From NCBI GenBank assembly GCA_036172245.1, contig JAYWIR010000006.1, positions 3,844,001 to 3,908,000 of the forward strand: a DNA stretch of 64,000 nt, in the 5' to 3' direction. The stretch comes from Raillietiella orientalis. Lineage: Eukaryota. A program made the position numbers and the translations under genes. Numbering within the stretch: the first letter of the stretch is position 1; every line of letters begins with the position of its first letter. Below are positions 1-11,899 of this stretch, one piece after another. The notes below the pieces were generated by a model that made no database searches, was not told the origin of the DNA, and saw nothing but the letters and a program-made list of their open reading frames with translations.

Positions 1-739
1 TGAGGGTGGAACCTGTGGCAAACCGCGGAAGGGTTCGCGGCGGGCGGGCAAACTTCGGCTTCCCTGGACGACCCGGGAAGCAGGCGGCAGCCTCTGCCCG
101 GGCGTCCCTCCTTCCGAAGGCCGATCTTCTCCGGAAGAAGAAGGAACCCGCCCCGAGCTCGCTCACGCACTCGTCGCCGTGGAGACCGAGAGCTCTGGAA
201 CGGACGGACAGCGTGGGGACGTGGCGACGGGGCGACCACGGAAGGGTCTGCTTGCCGCTCTTCCAAGGTTACGCCAGCGTGGCGCATGCGGGGGGGTTGG
301 CTCGGGAGCTATAAGAACGCAATGCTCCCCGCGGGGGCGGGCGCCCACGGTTTGCTGCTGTTTTGCGGCGCTCAGTGTGCTCGGTGGTGGATCCTCGCAT
401 TCCGAGGTAGGCTCGTTTGTGGTCGCCGTGGAAACGAATTCTTTGCCGGTCAGCCTCCACTTCTCTTTTCCCTTCCTCCTGCAACGACGGCACCTTTTTT
501 TGGTTTATTTTTTTTTGGAGCATTCTTTTCCTGAGTTCATGGCAGTCCCAGAAGCGCCACCCCGGATGGGAGCCGGGCGCAGCCTTTCCTCCCTCTGAGT
601 CTCTCCAAGGGAAGAGGAAGAGGAAGGGAGGAAGCCCTTCGAGGAGGAACAGAGTGGGAAGAAGAAGAAAGCAGCGGTCCCGGAAGCGAATCCCTGAGGA
701 AGCGGGAACGCAAGGAGGAGGGGGAGAAGTAGGCGAAGC

Positions 740-2376
740 ATGCCTCCTCCTGCGGGCGCCGCCAAGGCGCCACCACCGCCGGCTGCCGCTGGTCAGACGG
801 CAGACATCAGCTTCCTCACCTTGTTCTTCCTGGCCGTCATAGCGCTGATCCTGTTCCTCTGGCACCGTTCCGTCAAGAGGCGCAGCGATAACGAGGTGAG
901 CCAGATCTCGCCGCACGCCAGCAGCAGCGCCAGCAACGACAGCACCCGTTCACCCACCCGCGCACACACCCAGCTGCTCTCTTCCGCAGGGTTTCCTTGC
1001 CCTTCCGCGCTCTGTCCACGAAGGGAAATAATGGTCCAGGGTGCTCGCCTCCAGCGTCTCTCTTCCTCCTTCCTTAATCTAACTTCCCCCTCCTCCCTGT
1101 TTCTTCCTCTACTTCCTCTTCTTCCTCCTCTCTGTTTGCTCCTCTTCGCCGGTTAAGCCGGTGACCACCCTGGGAGCGCGCAGTCTCTGGAAGGGAGGGT
1201 CTACCGCTGTCAGCGGGCGCGTGAAGGCGCCACGGACGGGCGGTGCGCCACTCTGCTCCACGGCGGAGCCAGTGGCTGGCTGGCTGGCTCTCTGCGCCCT
1301 GAGGGGGAGCCCGGGGCGTATCCGTTGGTCCCTTCCAGATGGCGGCGCAGCTGAGCGCGCTGGAGGAGAAGGTGGCTCTCGCGCGGCAGGAGCTGCAGGC
1401 GAGCCGGAAGGAGCTCCTGGGCGCGCGAAAAGAAGACGAGGAGCGGCTGTCGCTGCGGATAATGGAACGGCTGGAGAAGAGCTTGGCGAAGATCGGCGGC
1501 GACATTGACACGCTGCGCGAGTCAGCCGGCGAGGGCGCTCCCGCTCCGTCGTCGATGGGCAGCCTGCGGGCGCGCCTGGACGAGGCCACCTCTGAGGTGC
1601 TCAGCCTGAAGGCGCTGCTGGAGAGGCAGCGGAACAGCGTCGTGGCACTGCCGGAGGTGCAGCGCGTGGTGCGGGAGCTGCGGGAGGCGTGCGAGGACCC
1701 CACCCCGGAGGCCGTGGTGCGGCAGCTGCTCCGGGAGGCGGAGGAGCTGACGCTGTGCCGGATGCAGCTGCAGCGGGAGGCGGAGCGTCTGGAGGCGCAG
1801 GCTCGGTGCCTGGCGGGCCAGTTGGAGCTGAAGGAGAAGGCGCTCGGTGACGCGCGACGGCGCGTCGCCTGCGCCGAACACCAGGCGGAGGTCGCCGCGG
1901 TGCTCCGCCGGCAGGTCGAGGAGGCCGAGGCCGAGGCGCGGTCGCTACGCACCCGGGTCGACGAGCAGGGCCGCGCGGCGGAGCGCAGGGAGAGAGCCAC
2001 CGCCGGCCTGCGGCGCTGCCTGCGCGAGGAGCGTGAGAGGGCACGCGCGGAGACCAGCGCACACGCCCGCGCTGCGCGCGAGCGCGACGAGGTCGCTGGA
2101 CGCGCCCTCCACTACCTCGAGGAGGAGGAGCAGCTGTTGGAGCTCCTGGTCTCGGAAATCTCGAGCAAGAACATCGAGGTCATCCGTAACCGGCTGACGG
2201 ACCACCTGAAGGACGCGAGGCGGCTCGCCGGGCAGCTCAAGATGCGCGCCTCCTGCCCCGCCGGCACACACCCCGAGGATTCTCCCTCCTCCTCGGTAGG
2301 AGATGACCCCTGCGACGACGACTTCTTCGGGGCGTCGCGCTGCCCCTCACCCGGACCTTCCTGCTGTCTCCCATGA
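740..2376 (+). CDS. Single-pass membrane protein with long coiled coil; possibly TANGO1/cTAGE5 (MIA3/MIA2)-like. Proposed exons 740-895 and 1339-2376; true 5' end uncertain
   Basis: Exon 740-895 encodes a hydrophobic helix FLTLFFLAVIALILFLW followed by basic residues and ends at GAG|GTGAGC (phase 0). CCCTTCCAG|ATG at 1338/1339 opens a 345-aa heptad-rich ORF ending in a Pro/Asp-rich tail, with AATAAA at about 2420. MGSLRARLDEATSEVLSLKALL recalls the insect Tango1 coiled coil (from memory). Upstream frames are interrupted by stops. Confidence 0.5.
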
Positions 2377-3089
2377 CGCGCGGGAAAGCACCTGGGGCAC
2401 CCACACCCTCTCGCAGCGCAATAAAAAGGGAGTCGCCGCTTCCAAGCAACAGAAGTGGGGGGGAAGGGGGCCGCGCGCGCGTGGTGCCGCCGGAGGGTCC
2501 CTCGTACAAGAAAGCTCCCTTCGCGTCAGGGACTGGATCTAAATGGGGAGAGGTCACTCGGTAGGGAGGGAGGGAGGGGAAGGCAAGGCCGCTGATCCCA
2601 GGGTTCAAAGGGGGGGCGTCCTGCGCGCAGGAGACGGGCGCTTCTCCGTGAAAGGCAGCAACAGCCCGATGGGGGCAGGAAAGGGAGACCTCGGGTGCCC
2701 AGAGGGCAGACGCGCAAAGCATCTGCCCCCCACCTGCCCAGCAGTCGGCTCCACCCTGCAGGCCCCCAGAATGGCGTCCTACCGCCGGCGTCATCTCTCC
2801 GGAAGTCCGGGGAGAGGAGCCAGGGAGAACCACAAAGATGCTGACGCTGCTGATGGCGGCCACGGCGACGGCGATGGTGACGGTGCTGGTGCTGCTGATG
2901 GTAATGCCGATAGCCGTGATGACTATTGTTCATTCTGGAGACTGGTCCCTAGACTGGCTATGGGGGGCAGGAAAGGGAGGAGATAGAGGGAGGGGGTGAG
3001 GAGGCGGACCAGGTGGTGCTGAAGAGCTCGGGGCTCCCTCCGAGCGCAGTCGGTCTCTGCCCCCCTCTTGGTTCACCTCCAGAGCGGGG

Positions 3090-3833
3090 GTGAAGAGGCA
3101 GGGGATTGCTCACCGCCTCCAGAGGGGTGTCGAAGACGAAAGAGCGGAAGGCGGATCGAGGCAGACAAGGGTCTCTCTGCCGCATGGACCACGCCGTTCG
3201 GCGGCCCCTTCGCCGGTCCACCCCTGGCACACGCAGGATTTACTCTCCAGGTGTGGGGAGCGGGAGTCGCTCCCCCACCTCTTAGTTGAATGCCCTGCCG
3301 TCCGGATTCTTTGGGATCGTCTGAAAACGGCCCTCCGGATACCGGATAGTGGCAATGTTGGATGTGTCTTCAGTCTTGTCTTCGTGCGGGACGCCCTCAG
3401 TCCAGCCGCAGCCCTGGCAGCACTTTGCTGCATTCGTGGTATCGTGGCAGCCTGGAGTGATGCCGAAGATGAAGACTGCATCGTGAGGGACGTCATCGAG
3501 TATGCTTCTCGCTTCCTGCAGAGAGCTACCCGATGGCCCCATCTAGGAAAATTGAAAATGGAACTAGAAGGCATCCTGCAAAGGATGGGCCCTCCCAGCA
3601 GTCTTCTGTGATCCCTTCCCGGCCCTCCAAACTCCCTTTGTTGTTTGTTTTTCTCTTTTTATTTTATTTTTGTTTTCTCCCCCATCCCCCTCCACTGCCG
3701 AGGAGAGCCACACCGGGCTGCGTCCCGGTGTCCCGGCAGTTCCGGTATTGCATGGCCGTCAGTGGGGCCTTGTACCACGTTCTGTATTGACTGTAGAAAT
3801 GTTTTTAATAAACGTCCCGGCGTATCCGGGTGG
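3090..3833 (+). mobile_element. 5'-truncated L1/Tx1-like LINE 3' end (ORF2 C-terminal zinc-knuckle region + 3' UTR)
   Basis: ORF 3090-3611 has RCGERESLPHLLVEC (partial CCHC) and LVFVRDALSPAAALAALCCIRGIVAAW...LEGILQRM, clearly paralogous to 4618-5307. Followed by a T-rich UTR and the AATAAA-hairpin at 3807-3833. Confidence 0.75.
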
Positions 3834-4102
3834 CATCGCCGGTCCACCCGAACCACGGGCAAAAAACCAGGGCGTCGTCCCAGCTGCGAGGTGATGTGGG
3901 GGCCGTGCGGGTGGCTTCACAGCGCCCCGTTACCTTTCTACGGGAGGTTCGTGCTGCAGAGGCGGCGACCACTGAGGGGGCGGGCGGCGGCAGTGGTACC
4001 GTTTCCCGTCGGGAGCTGCTGCTGGCGCGTGGACTGCCCCCCGCCTCGCCGCAGGGCGATGCGGACCCGGAGGGCCAAGGATGCAACACATGAAAAACTC
4101 CA

Positions 4103-4560
4103 TTATCTAAAAATCTGATTCAAAAGAGCATGCAAAGAACCCAAAAAGCACCAGCTGAAAAAGATGAGTCCAGGAAAATATTCGAAGGCACCCTCGATGG
4201 CGTTCCCCTCGCGTGGTCCTCCTCGCGCGTCGCTCCAGGCAGCCACAATCTCGGCGGATGAAGCACGGAGCTGCTCATGCCTCTGCATCATGTCGAGGGT
4301 ACTGGCAAGTTGCGTTCTGATGTTGCCCAGATGGAGCCCTCTCGAGGCGGTCTTGAAAAAGATCCGCGCCCAGTGGATAGCGTCCCTGACATTTGGGCCT
4401 CTTCTTCCCACGTTCCAGGTTGCCACGATTGCGCTGACGAAGCAGAGGGCTGCGAGGGATGCGGCTGGAGGCAGAGCGGCACTCGCGAAGAGACATTGCA
4501 AATGTCACTCCTAGGGCCGCCAATCAGGATTCCTAGGGTCGTCGAGAGGCGATTCTAAGG
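4103..4560 (-). mobile_element. Inverted fragments of the same LINE ORF2 C-terminus (two adjacent partial copies)
   Basis: LFASAALPPAASLAALCFVSAIVATW...LASTLDMM followed by a second IVAAWSDA segment. Confidence 0.7.
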
Positions 4561-4617
4561 TCTCGGGGGTCCAGCAGTAGGTACACGTGGGTCTCTTTCT
4601 GTCTGCACCTTTCTCAT

Positions 4618-5515
4618 TTGACATCCACGCTCCCCGGGTTCAACAGCCGGAAGCCGAGGTGGCAAGTCACCTGCCGGATAGCGGGCAAGGAGAAGGAGTT
4701 AAGTGGGTGGACCATGAGGGAACTGGCAGAAGCCGCGACCCCAAGCGTTCATCCGCATGGAATACGGAGATGGGGCGAGCTGCTTGGCATCCCGGTGGAT
4801 GACCTAGAGTGGCCCCCGTTGTTCAGAGACTCATCCACCCTCTTCCTCAAGTGGCAGGAAACGGCGCTGCTGTTGTTGCACTGGTGTCTTCCCTGCAACG
4901 CGCGCCGCCACCACTGGACGTTGGTGAACGTGGGACAGAACTGTGCAGTGTGCGGGGAGAAGGAATTCCTCCCCCATCTGTTAGTGGACTGCGCTGCCCT
5001 CCGGCCCTTGTGGGAACGTTTTGCTACGACCCTCCGGATGCCGGTCGGCAGTACCCGCAGAGACGTTGTGAGACTCCTCTTCGTGCGAGACGCCCTGCCA
5101 CCAGCCTCAACCCTGGCAGCACTCTGCTGTCTCCGAGGGATTGTGGCTGCGTGGAGCGCATCCAACAGAGGAAGCAGCGATAGGGACTTCATCGTACACG
5201 CGGGTCGCTACCTGCGAACCGCGATCGGCTGGTCCCATCTGGGAGCTATGATGAGGGACCTCGAGGGCATCCTGGAAAGGATGGTCTCTTTCTCCAGCGG
5301 GCTGTGATCCCTTCCCAGCCCTCCAAATAGTTTCTTTTTGTTTATTTCATTTATTTTTCTTTTTGTTTTAACCCCTATCCTTTCCGCTGCCGAGGACAGT
5401 CAAGCCGGTCTGCGCACCGGCTTCCCAGCAGTCCCCACGATCTATTGGCCGTAATGGAGCCTCGCACCGCAAATGTACAGAGTTTAGAAATAAACGCCCC
5501 GGCGTGACCGGGTGG
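4618..5515 (+). mobile_element. LINE ORF2 C-terminal region with intact CX2CX7HX4C zinc knuckle (open 229-aa frame 4618-5307) + 3' UTR + terminal hairpin
   Basis: CAVCGEKEFLPHLLVDC matches the L1-clade ORF2 CCHC (zf-RVT-type) motif. AATAAA-hairpin at 5489-5515. Confidence 0.8.
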
Positions 5516-5529
5516 GAACTCCCTGGGTT

Positions 5530-5884
5530 CAGTGGTGAAGACGTGACCTGCCTGTGCATGGAATTCTTCCACGCAACACCAGCAACTCCAGCTCTCTCCA
5601 CTAGAGGGGGAGGGAGCCACTGTTCCAGCACGCCGGAGGCCACTGTACCTCCTCCGGCGGGATCGCTTGCAGCTCGTCCCAGTGCAAAGTTCTTTCGGCA
5701 GGACACTCGGGGTCGCAGCGTCCGTGAGCTGCCGAGTTGTCCACAAGTCCAAAAGTTTCTTCCTGCCTTCGATGCGGCAGGGCACCTTCCACCTTGCGGG
5801 AAGGTTGCTTTCCCTTGCGTCCTCGAGGGAGGGCAGCACTGGGGCAAAGAGTGTGAACGAAGCCCGTCTTGCCCCAGTGAACAC
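5530..5884 (-). mobile_element. Inverted internal fragment of the same LINE family
   Basis: RWKVPCRIEGRKKLLDLWTTRQLTDAATPSV and, frameshifted, WDELQAIPPEEVQWPP match RWQVTCRIAGKEKELSGWTMRELAEAATPSV...WGELLGIPVDDLEWPP of 4618-5307. Confidence 0.75.
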
Positions 5885-6029
5885 GTGTGCTGGTGGCGAC
5901 TCCTTTTAAACTAGTGTGACTAACAAATTTCTCAATATACATACATATTTGTCGGTGTGTTATGTGTATATGGAATACTTTAAAAATTGTGTGCCGACTT
6001 TTCTCTCTATTCTCCTAATCCGTAATGGA

Positions 6030-7290
6030 GAGGCTGGAAATTCAGCTCCAGTTCCGTATACTTACCCTCGTAGCGAAGATGTGGAACACCACCTGGTGCA
6101 ACCCTGCACACCTCCTTGCCGGGCAAGCCACCGGCAGCGAGGGACTCGCGTCCTTCCTTGCGCGCCGTCGCCGCCGCAACATCTCCTGCTGCAGACTGAT
6201 GCTTCCACGGGTGGCTGCGATCGCCAGTACCAAGAGCCGGATCTCGTGCCGCCAACGGTAGAGTCTGGTTGCAGGGAACCGTTCGCACGTGGGCGAAGCA
6301 CAACGAGCCAGAAACAGGAACAGGCGCAGCGCTGGTTGCACCGCTCGCTCCGAGAGATCCCCGAACATCCCATGAAGGGTGCGTGGGCAGGAAAAACTCC
6401 CTTGCAGTAGCTCTGCCCTTTCTCAGGGAACTCATGGGCAGCAGCCTTGCGGCTTCATGGGAAGTTAGTGCAAGCATCTTTGGAAGAAAAGAGGACTGGG
6501 CGAGTGGACAACGGAAGCTGCGAGTCCAAGTGCCTCCCCAAGAGGACTTTTGCGCTGAGGCAAGCTACTGGGAATTCTAATGGACGGTCTACAATGAACT
6601 CCGGTGCTTCTGGACACCCACATACACCCCTTTGGGTGGTAGGAGTCGGCGTTGCACTGGTGTCCCCCGTGCAACGCCCTCCAGCATCACTGGGCACGGG
6701 AAGGGAGGTGGACACGAACTGGGTTAGGTGCAGAGAGCATAAATTCCTCCCGCACCTGAAGTGGACTGTGTTGCCCTCCTGCCTCCCTGGGAACGCTTTG
6801 CCGCGACCCTAGAAATCTTCGACAACTCCATAGATGCTATAAAGCTCATTCTCGTTCTCGATGTCCTTCGGCGGGTAGTCTCGATAGGAGCAGCCCCGTG
6901 CTGTCTACACGGGATCGTCGCTGAAGCCTGAAGAGACACAAGAGGAGGGCACGGAGAGACGGGTGTATTCACTTTTTCGTCCCATTCATGAGGATGGCAT
7001 TCAGATGGCCCCACTTGGACATCACCACATCCTTGGCATCCTGCAGAGGATTCAGAGGACTGCCGCCAGCAGACAGTGATCCCTTCTCCCACCCATACGC
7101 AAGTTTTTTTTTTTTTTTTTGTTTCTTTTTGTTTGTCCCCTCCCTTCTGCTGCCGTGGTGGATCTCACCGGCCTACGAACCAGTAACCCGGCAGGCTCCC
7201 GATAAAACCTGGTTGGATCACCGGTCCAACCACAGTTTCCTGCGAACGTTTAGTTTATTGAAATAAACTCCTGGGCGTACCCGGGTGAGA
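6030..7290 (+). mobile_element. Degenerate LINE ORF2 3' copy with terminal AATAAA-hairpin
   Basis: Frameshifted remnants (VRCREHKFLPHL, FRWPHLDI), T-rich UTR and hairpin module at 7262-7287. Confidence 0.65.
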
Positions 7291-8479
7291 AGCCTAATCC
7301 GTCATTCAATTCATCATTACATTTCGATACTATGTTATGAGTTGCTTCCATGGAATTCATCCAAAAATCCGATGCGCCACTGTCTGTGAGTTGTGCTGTA
7401 TGCTTTTCGTCCAAGTTCTGCTTTCTGATTCCTCCCGCATGCGAATGGACTCGCAATGCACGGCCGTCTACCAAATTACCTTTTTCACGATCGGGTTGAT
7501 GCGGCAACCCTGCAAGCAATGGCGTGGGTGATCACGTAAATGCCATGCTGTTTGAAAGGAAGCATTTGTGTGACTGCTTGGTAACTGAAGTGTGGTTGTG
7601 GTTGATTGTGGTTCCGCTAGCATTCAACCATTTGTGGTTCAACTGGTGTCCTGTCGGAAATGGAACGAATCCTTCATCATTCACACTTCGGTTGTTGATT
7701 CTTGACTTCCAGTTTGTTTACTTTTCAGTAATCTTTTCAATAAACATTCTGTTCACAACTTATTCGCTTTTCTGTCAAGTTCAGTTTGGAATTTGTCGTA
7801 GAATGTTAAATTTGCTACATTTCCCATTCAACTACATTTTCCCAAAATTAGTCAAATCAGTTCAGTGGACTTGTGGTACAGGGATGTTCTTTTGATGAGT
7901 CAATTGTGAGGACATTGTATTTTAAATATCGATCCATACTAAGAAGCGATTTCAGGATTATTGTATACAATATTGCATTTATTGAAGTAATAATAAGCAT
8001 GTTCCTCCTTTTTAAACTAGGGATTAAAAGCTGTGGCTGGACAGACGTCGCCCGAATGCCATCAGGATTGGATCGAGCAGTGCTACAGGGATTTGACCGT
8101 ACAGTACGAATACTTGAAGCATGCAAACAGATGCCAGTTTCGAGAAAACCCTTGTGAAGTTTTGCTAGAAGCGAAACCAGGTGAGATGGTCGCACTGATG
8201 CTGACCTCAGAGTTTGCAAGCAACGTGGCGGAACTTGATCGTGTCCTGATCGGGCTGCGTCTATGACCTGGATGAGGCACAGACCCCCGGAAATCGATAG
8301 ATTGTGAGAATTCTAGCAAAGCTAGACTATTACGTACCCGAAGACAAATATGCCACGCCTGACGACGGAAATTTCGTCGACCATGCTGCTGGGAAGAAGG
8401 CTCAGCTGCAGAGACGGTTTCCGAAGACACTCGGAAGGAAGGCGCAAAAGAAAAGCGACATCAGCGACACAACGTTCAT

Positions 8480-8865
8480 CCATCCGCACTACGATACGCC
8501 GACGACACGACGATCAGACAGACCACACGGAGATGAGCTCGGCATGCAATGATCAGGCATCGAGACGGCGATCAGCCGAGATGAGCCAACGACACAGAGA
8601 TCAGTAGACGTCACAAGGATCAGCCAAGATGAGCCGAACAGACCAAAAAAGCCGACACGACGATCATCCATCGGCAAGGTGATCAGCCGTCGCCACGGTG
8701 ATCGACCAACGACCGGGAGATGAGCCGGAGACCCGAAGATGAGGCGCCGTAGAAACCAACCGACTCCTCGATAGTCAGGCAACGACAACGTGATCTGGCG
8801 AAGACGCGGAGATGACCCGTTACCATGACGAGCCAGCGAGACGATGATGAGCCGAGGACCTGCCT
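8480..8865. repeat. Degenerate short tandem repeat (GATCAGCC/GATGAGCC/ACGACGAT variants), followed by an A tract at about 8893-8920
   Basis: Recurrent GATSAGCC motifs visible by eye. Confidence 0.5.
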
Positions 8866-9249
8866 AACCAATACAACACTGCTTCTTCGGCGAAAAAAAA
8901 AAAAAAAAAAAAAAAAAAAAGAAAAGCATAGGTATACACTGCAGAAAAAGAAGGATGTCAATGGGCCGAAATTGCGATAGTATGACGTCGCCCATGGCAA
9001 CCGCAAAGCGAAGAAGGATCTCACCGAATGCTGCAGTTTGTGAAAGGGACGAAGTTTCGCACACTGACAGCCAGGATTCATTCGAATTGGAAAGTGAGTC
9101 CGGATCATCAGTGTCTGCTAAGACCTGCCAAGCGGTAGAGCACAGTGAAACAGTAGGTGACACCTTCGCTCACCGATCCTGGCGTTGCGAAGACTCAAAG
9201 ACCCATCAAAAGCAGAAGTATCAGTATTGACAGGCAAATACACTGGACC

Positions 9250-10480
9250 TACGCCGGACGAATGTCTTCAAGACGACTGACTAACTATCTGCACATGGAT
9301 GAAGCGATTGACCACCTCGCCCAATGCAGCCTGCAGCAGCCCCTGCTCTTTGTTTGCCCCGTCCCACCAAACATGAAAAAAAGAACCGAGGACCTCCTAA
9401 GGAAAGCCCTTTTTCGGGGCACAGGGAGGCCTCGAATTCGATCCAAGGAGTTGGGCGCTTCGCGTAAGGATGGTGGTCCGAGCTTCCTCACGCTGGAGTG
9501 CATGCGGCGACAGCCCCAATTCGGAAGACTTGCCCTTGCGGCGAAGTAATAGACACCACCCTAGTGCGCACCCGCACGCCTCCTCCCCAGAAGAGCGACC
9601 GGCTGCGAAGGATCGTCTTCGATGCTCGTGGTCTACGACCGCATCCTGAGGCATTGTGGCCACGAGCTGCGCCGAAATGCTTGCCCTGGTGCAGAACGAC
9701 ACCTGGATCTCCTCCCCGCCAGCTGCGCAGCCTGACTTCAGGAGTCAGTTTCCGTGTGGGGAAAGATCTCCGGCCCGAGCGAGGCGGACTACGCCTGCCT
9801 GCGGAGAGGGAGGCACGCCCCTGCGGGAGATCGTGTCCAACCTACGCAAACCGCTGTGGGTCTCGTTCACCCCCCCTGCCCCATTGCTACTCTCCCGCGA
9901 GAACGCTAGGGACAGCAACGGTCCGGTCAACGTGGGAAGGAAGTGTCCTGCCTCATCGGAGACGGGAAAAAACAGTTACACGGGTGGACATCTCGGCAGC
10001 TAAGGACTCCGAGTGTCCCTCCGGAAGGACTTCCGCGCTGGGGCGAGCTGCTCGCGATACCTCCTCAGGAGGTGAAGTGGCCCCCAGCGTGCTAGGACAA
10101 TGGTACCCTCCCCCTGAAGTGGCAAGAGACGGCGCTGCTGGTGTTGCATTGGGGAATCCCATGCAAAACACGCCACTCATTGGACACGAGGAAGTGTGGA
10201 TGCCCCATGCGAAAGGTGCAGCCAGAAAGAGACTTTGCCACATCGTTTGCTGGAGTGTGCCGTTCTCCGATCGTCTGTAGACGATCGCAGACATCCCCGA
10301 AGACGGCTCCTGGGACATTTCTGGGCACCTCTTCATGCGTGCCGCACTGCCCCCGGCCACGGCCTTTGCAATTCTCTGCTGCATTCGCGGAATCGTGGCG
10401 GCCTGGAACGCATCGAGAAGAGGCCAGAATGGCAGGGATGCCATCCATTGGACAAGCATGTTTTTTAAGACTGCAACCTG
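9250..10480 (+). mobile_element. Longest copy of the LINE ORF2 C-terminal half (post-RT region to zinc knuckle), frameshifted
   Basis: LLRKALFRGTGRPRIRSKELGASRKDGGPSF resembles the L1-clade post-RT 'FLW.G...R...L.....GG..FP' motif. Downstream WGELLAIPPQEVKWPP, KWQETALLVLHW, CERCSQKETLPHRLLEC and LCCIRGIVAAW occur in different frames. Confidence 0.75.
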
Positions 10481-10649
10481 CCCGTGTCGGAGGCCTTGTG
10501 GTTAAGGCTTCCGCGTGTGGCACCATGCGTCGCGGGTTCGAATACTTCGGAAGAAACTCTGACGCCACAGCGTCGTCGAGTTCCGAGTTTCTCCTGCAAT
10601 GGCGCGGTTTGGCAGATACATTCGGGCGTGGCACCGGCTGTGGATTAAG

Positions 10650-11230
10650 CGGGAGACCCCCGATGAAGGCCGGAACAATGGGAGTCGACCTTCGGGTCCT
10701 CCCAGGAATCAAGGAGTGGGGAGTTCCCCCTCTGGTCGTGCAACGGAGAGCGGATCCCCCTCACCGGGTGTCCCTCCGAGTCGTCGTCTCTTCACAGAGT
10801 GCAAGGAAGCAAGCGAGAGCGATTCCCTGCGGGAAGCTGCAGCGCCCCTTCAGAGTTTCGGAAGCGTCCCTTCGGGGTTCTCTTCAGAAGAGTGAACAGG
10901 AGCGGTTCCCTTGCGGGTTCCCTCCGGAGAAGACATTCTTACAGGCGGATCCTTTCCGGGTTCCCTTCGGAGAAGAAAAAATGGAGAGGACCACCCCCCT
11001 CCCAGGGGGTGTCCCTCCGGAGAGAATGAGGAAGGAGATTCCCTTCGGGGTTCACCTTCGGAGACAACCAGGGTGGGAGGTGCGATCCCCCCCGTTCGGG
11101 GGGATCCCTCCCCAAGCGTGAGAGGAACGGACTCCGAGCCCTTCCTGGATTCATAGGGCGGACCCCCCTTCCGGGGTGCCCCCTATCCTGAAGAATTACA
11201 CTGAAGAATTACACGCCCCCCTTGCGGGTT
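10650..11230. repeat. Dispersed GC-rich hairpin-array element, copy 1
   Basis: About 7-9 units of roughly GGAGCGGATCCCTTCGGGGTTCCCTCCGGAGA with purine-rich linkers. Shares start and end sequence with 55850-56260. Confidence 0.75.
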
Positions 11231-11669
11231 GCCGCGGGCGGACAGGCGTGGAAACAAAACAGTGTGTTAATGTTCAAAAAGAGCCACGTGCGCCGCGAGG
11301 CACGCGACCGGCTCTGAGGTACTTTGCGAACCAAAAAAAAGAAAACTCTTAAAAAAAAAAAAAAAAAAAGCTGAAAGAAAAACAGCGAAGTCAGAAGAAA
11401 AAGAAGACTGCAACCTGGTGGCCCCACCTGGACAATATGAGGACGCGACTTATTGGTATCCTGAATAGGATGTAGAAGACCTCTACCAGCGAACAGTGAT
11501 CTCTGCCCTGCAGCAAATAAAATGCGTAGTATTTAATTTTAATTATAAAAAACATTGAATTAGTAATTATTTAAAATTTTGCTAATATGCGTGCCAGCAA
11601 TAGCGCTCAAATGTAAAAGTTACATTAATATTAATATTTTATTAATTTGAAATAAAATTTTTGGTTTTA

Positions 11670-11890
11670 TATTTACCCTCCCTTCCCCGAGATCATCTCC
11701 CCTACCCGTGTCGTACTTTTTGTTTGTGTTTTTCCCTTCCTATTCGTATGGAAACGGACCTCGCCGGTCTCCCGACTAGTGACCGACAAGTTGCCTTGAC
11801 GTGGTGAACCAGGCGGTTCATCACAGGAACATTTCCTTGTTCTTTGCTTTCTCAATAAATGTCCCGGGAAATCTGGGTGGCAAACCTTCC
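11670..11890 (+). mobile_element. Isolated LINE 3' UTR with AATAAA-hairpin terminus
   Basis: T-rich UTR-like segment then CAATAAATGTCCCGGGAAATCTGGGTGGCAAACC at about 11853-11886. Confidence 0.6.
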
Positions 11891-11899
11891 TCCTTTTTC

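Noticed and set aside
1074..2062. Long antisense ORFs over the coiled-coil gene (also 21270-22833 over the reductase)
   Set aside because: Shadow ORFs expected from high-GC3 coding sequence.
3740..3755. U2 snRNA-like CCGGTATTGCA in the LINE 3' UTR (Keno-type target)
   Set aside because: Only about 10 nt, not conserved in sister copies, and no other U2 features are present.
7400..7760. Possible FLYWCH/MULE transposase remnant on the minus strand
   Set aside because: Only vague W..HNH-like spacing across stops and frameshifts; not supportable without a search.
10650..11230. CRISPR-like array (palindromic repeats with variable linkers)
   Set aside because: Repeats are degenerate, linkers are only about 10 nt and low-complexity, there are no cas genes and the context is eukaryotic.
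11201..11256. Possible hammerhead ribozyme core (CTGAAGA ... CACGCC/GGCGTG stem ... GAAAC)
   Set aside because: Stem II does not abut the CUGANGA box (ATTA intervenes and there is no R-Y closing pair), stems I and III are not evident, and copy 2 lacks the GAAA arm.
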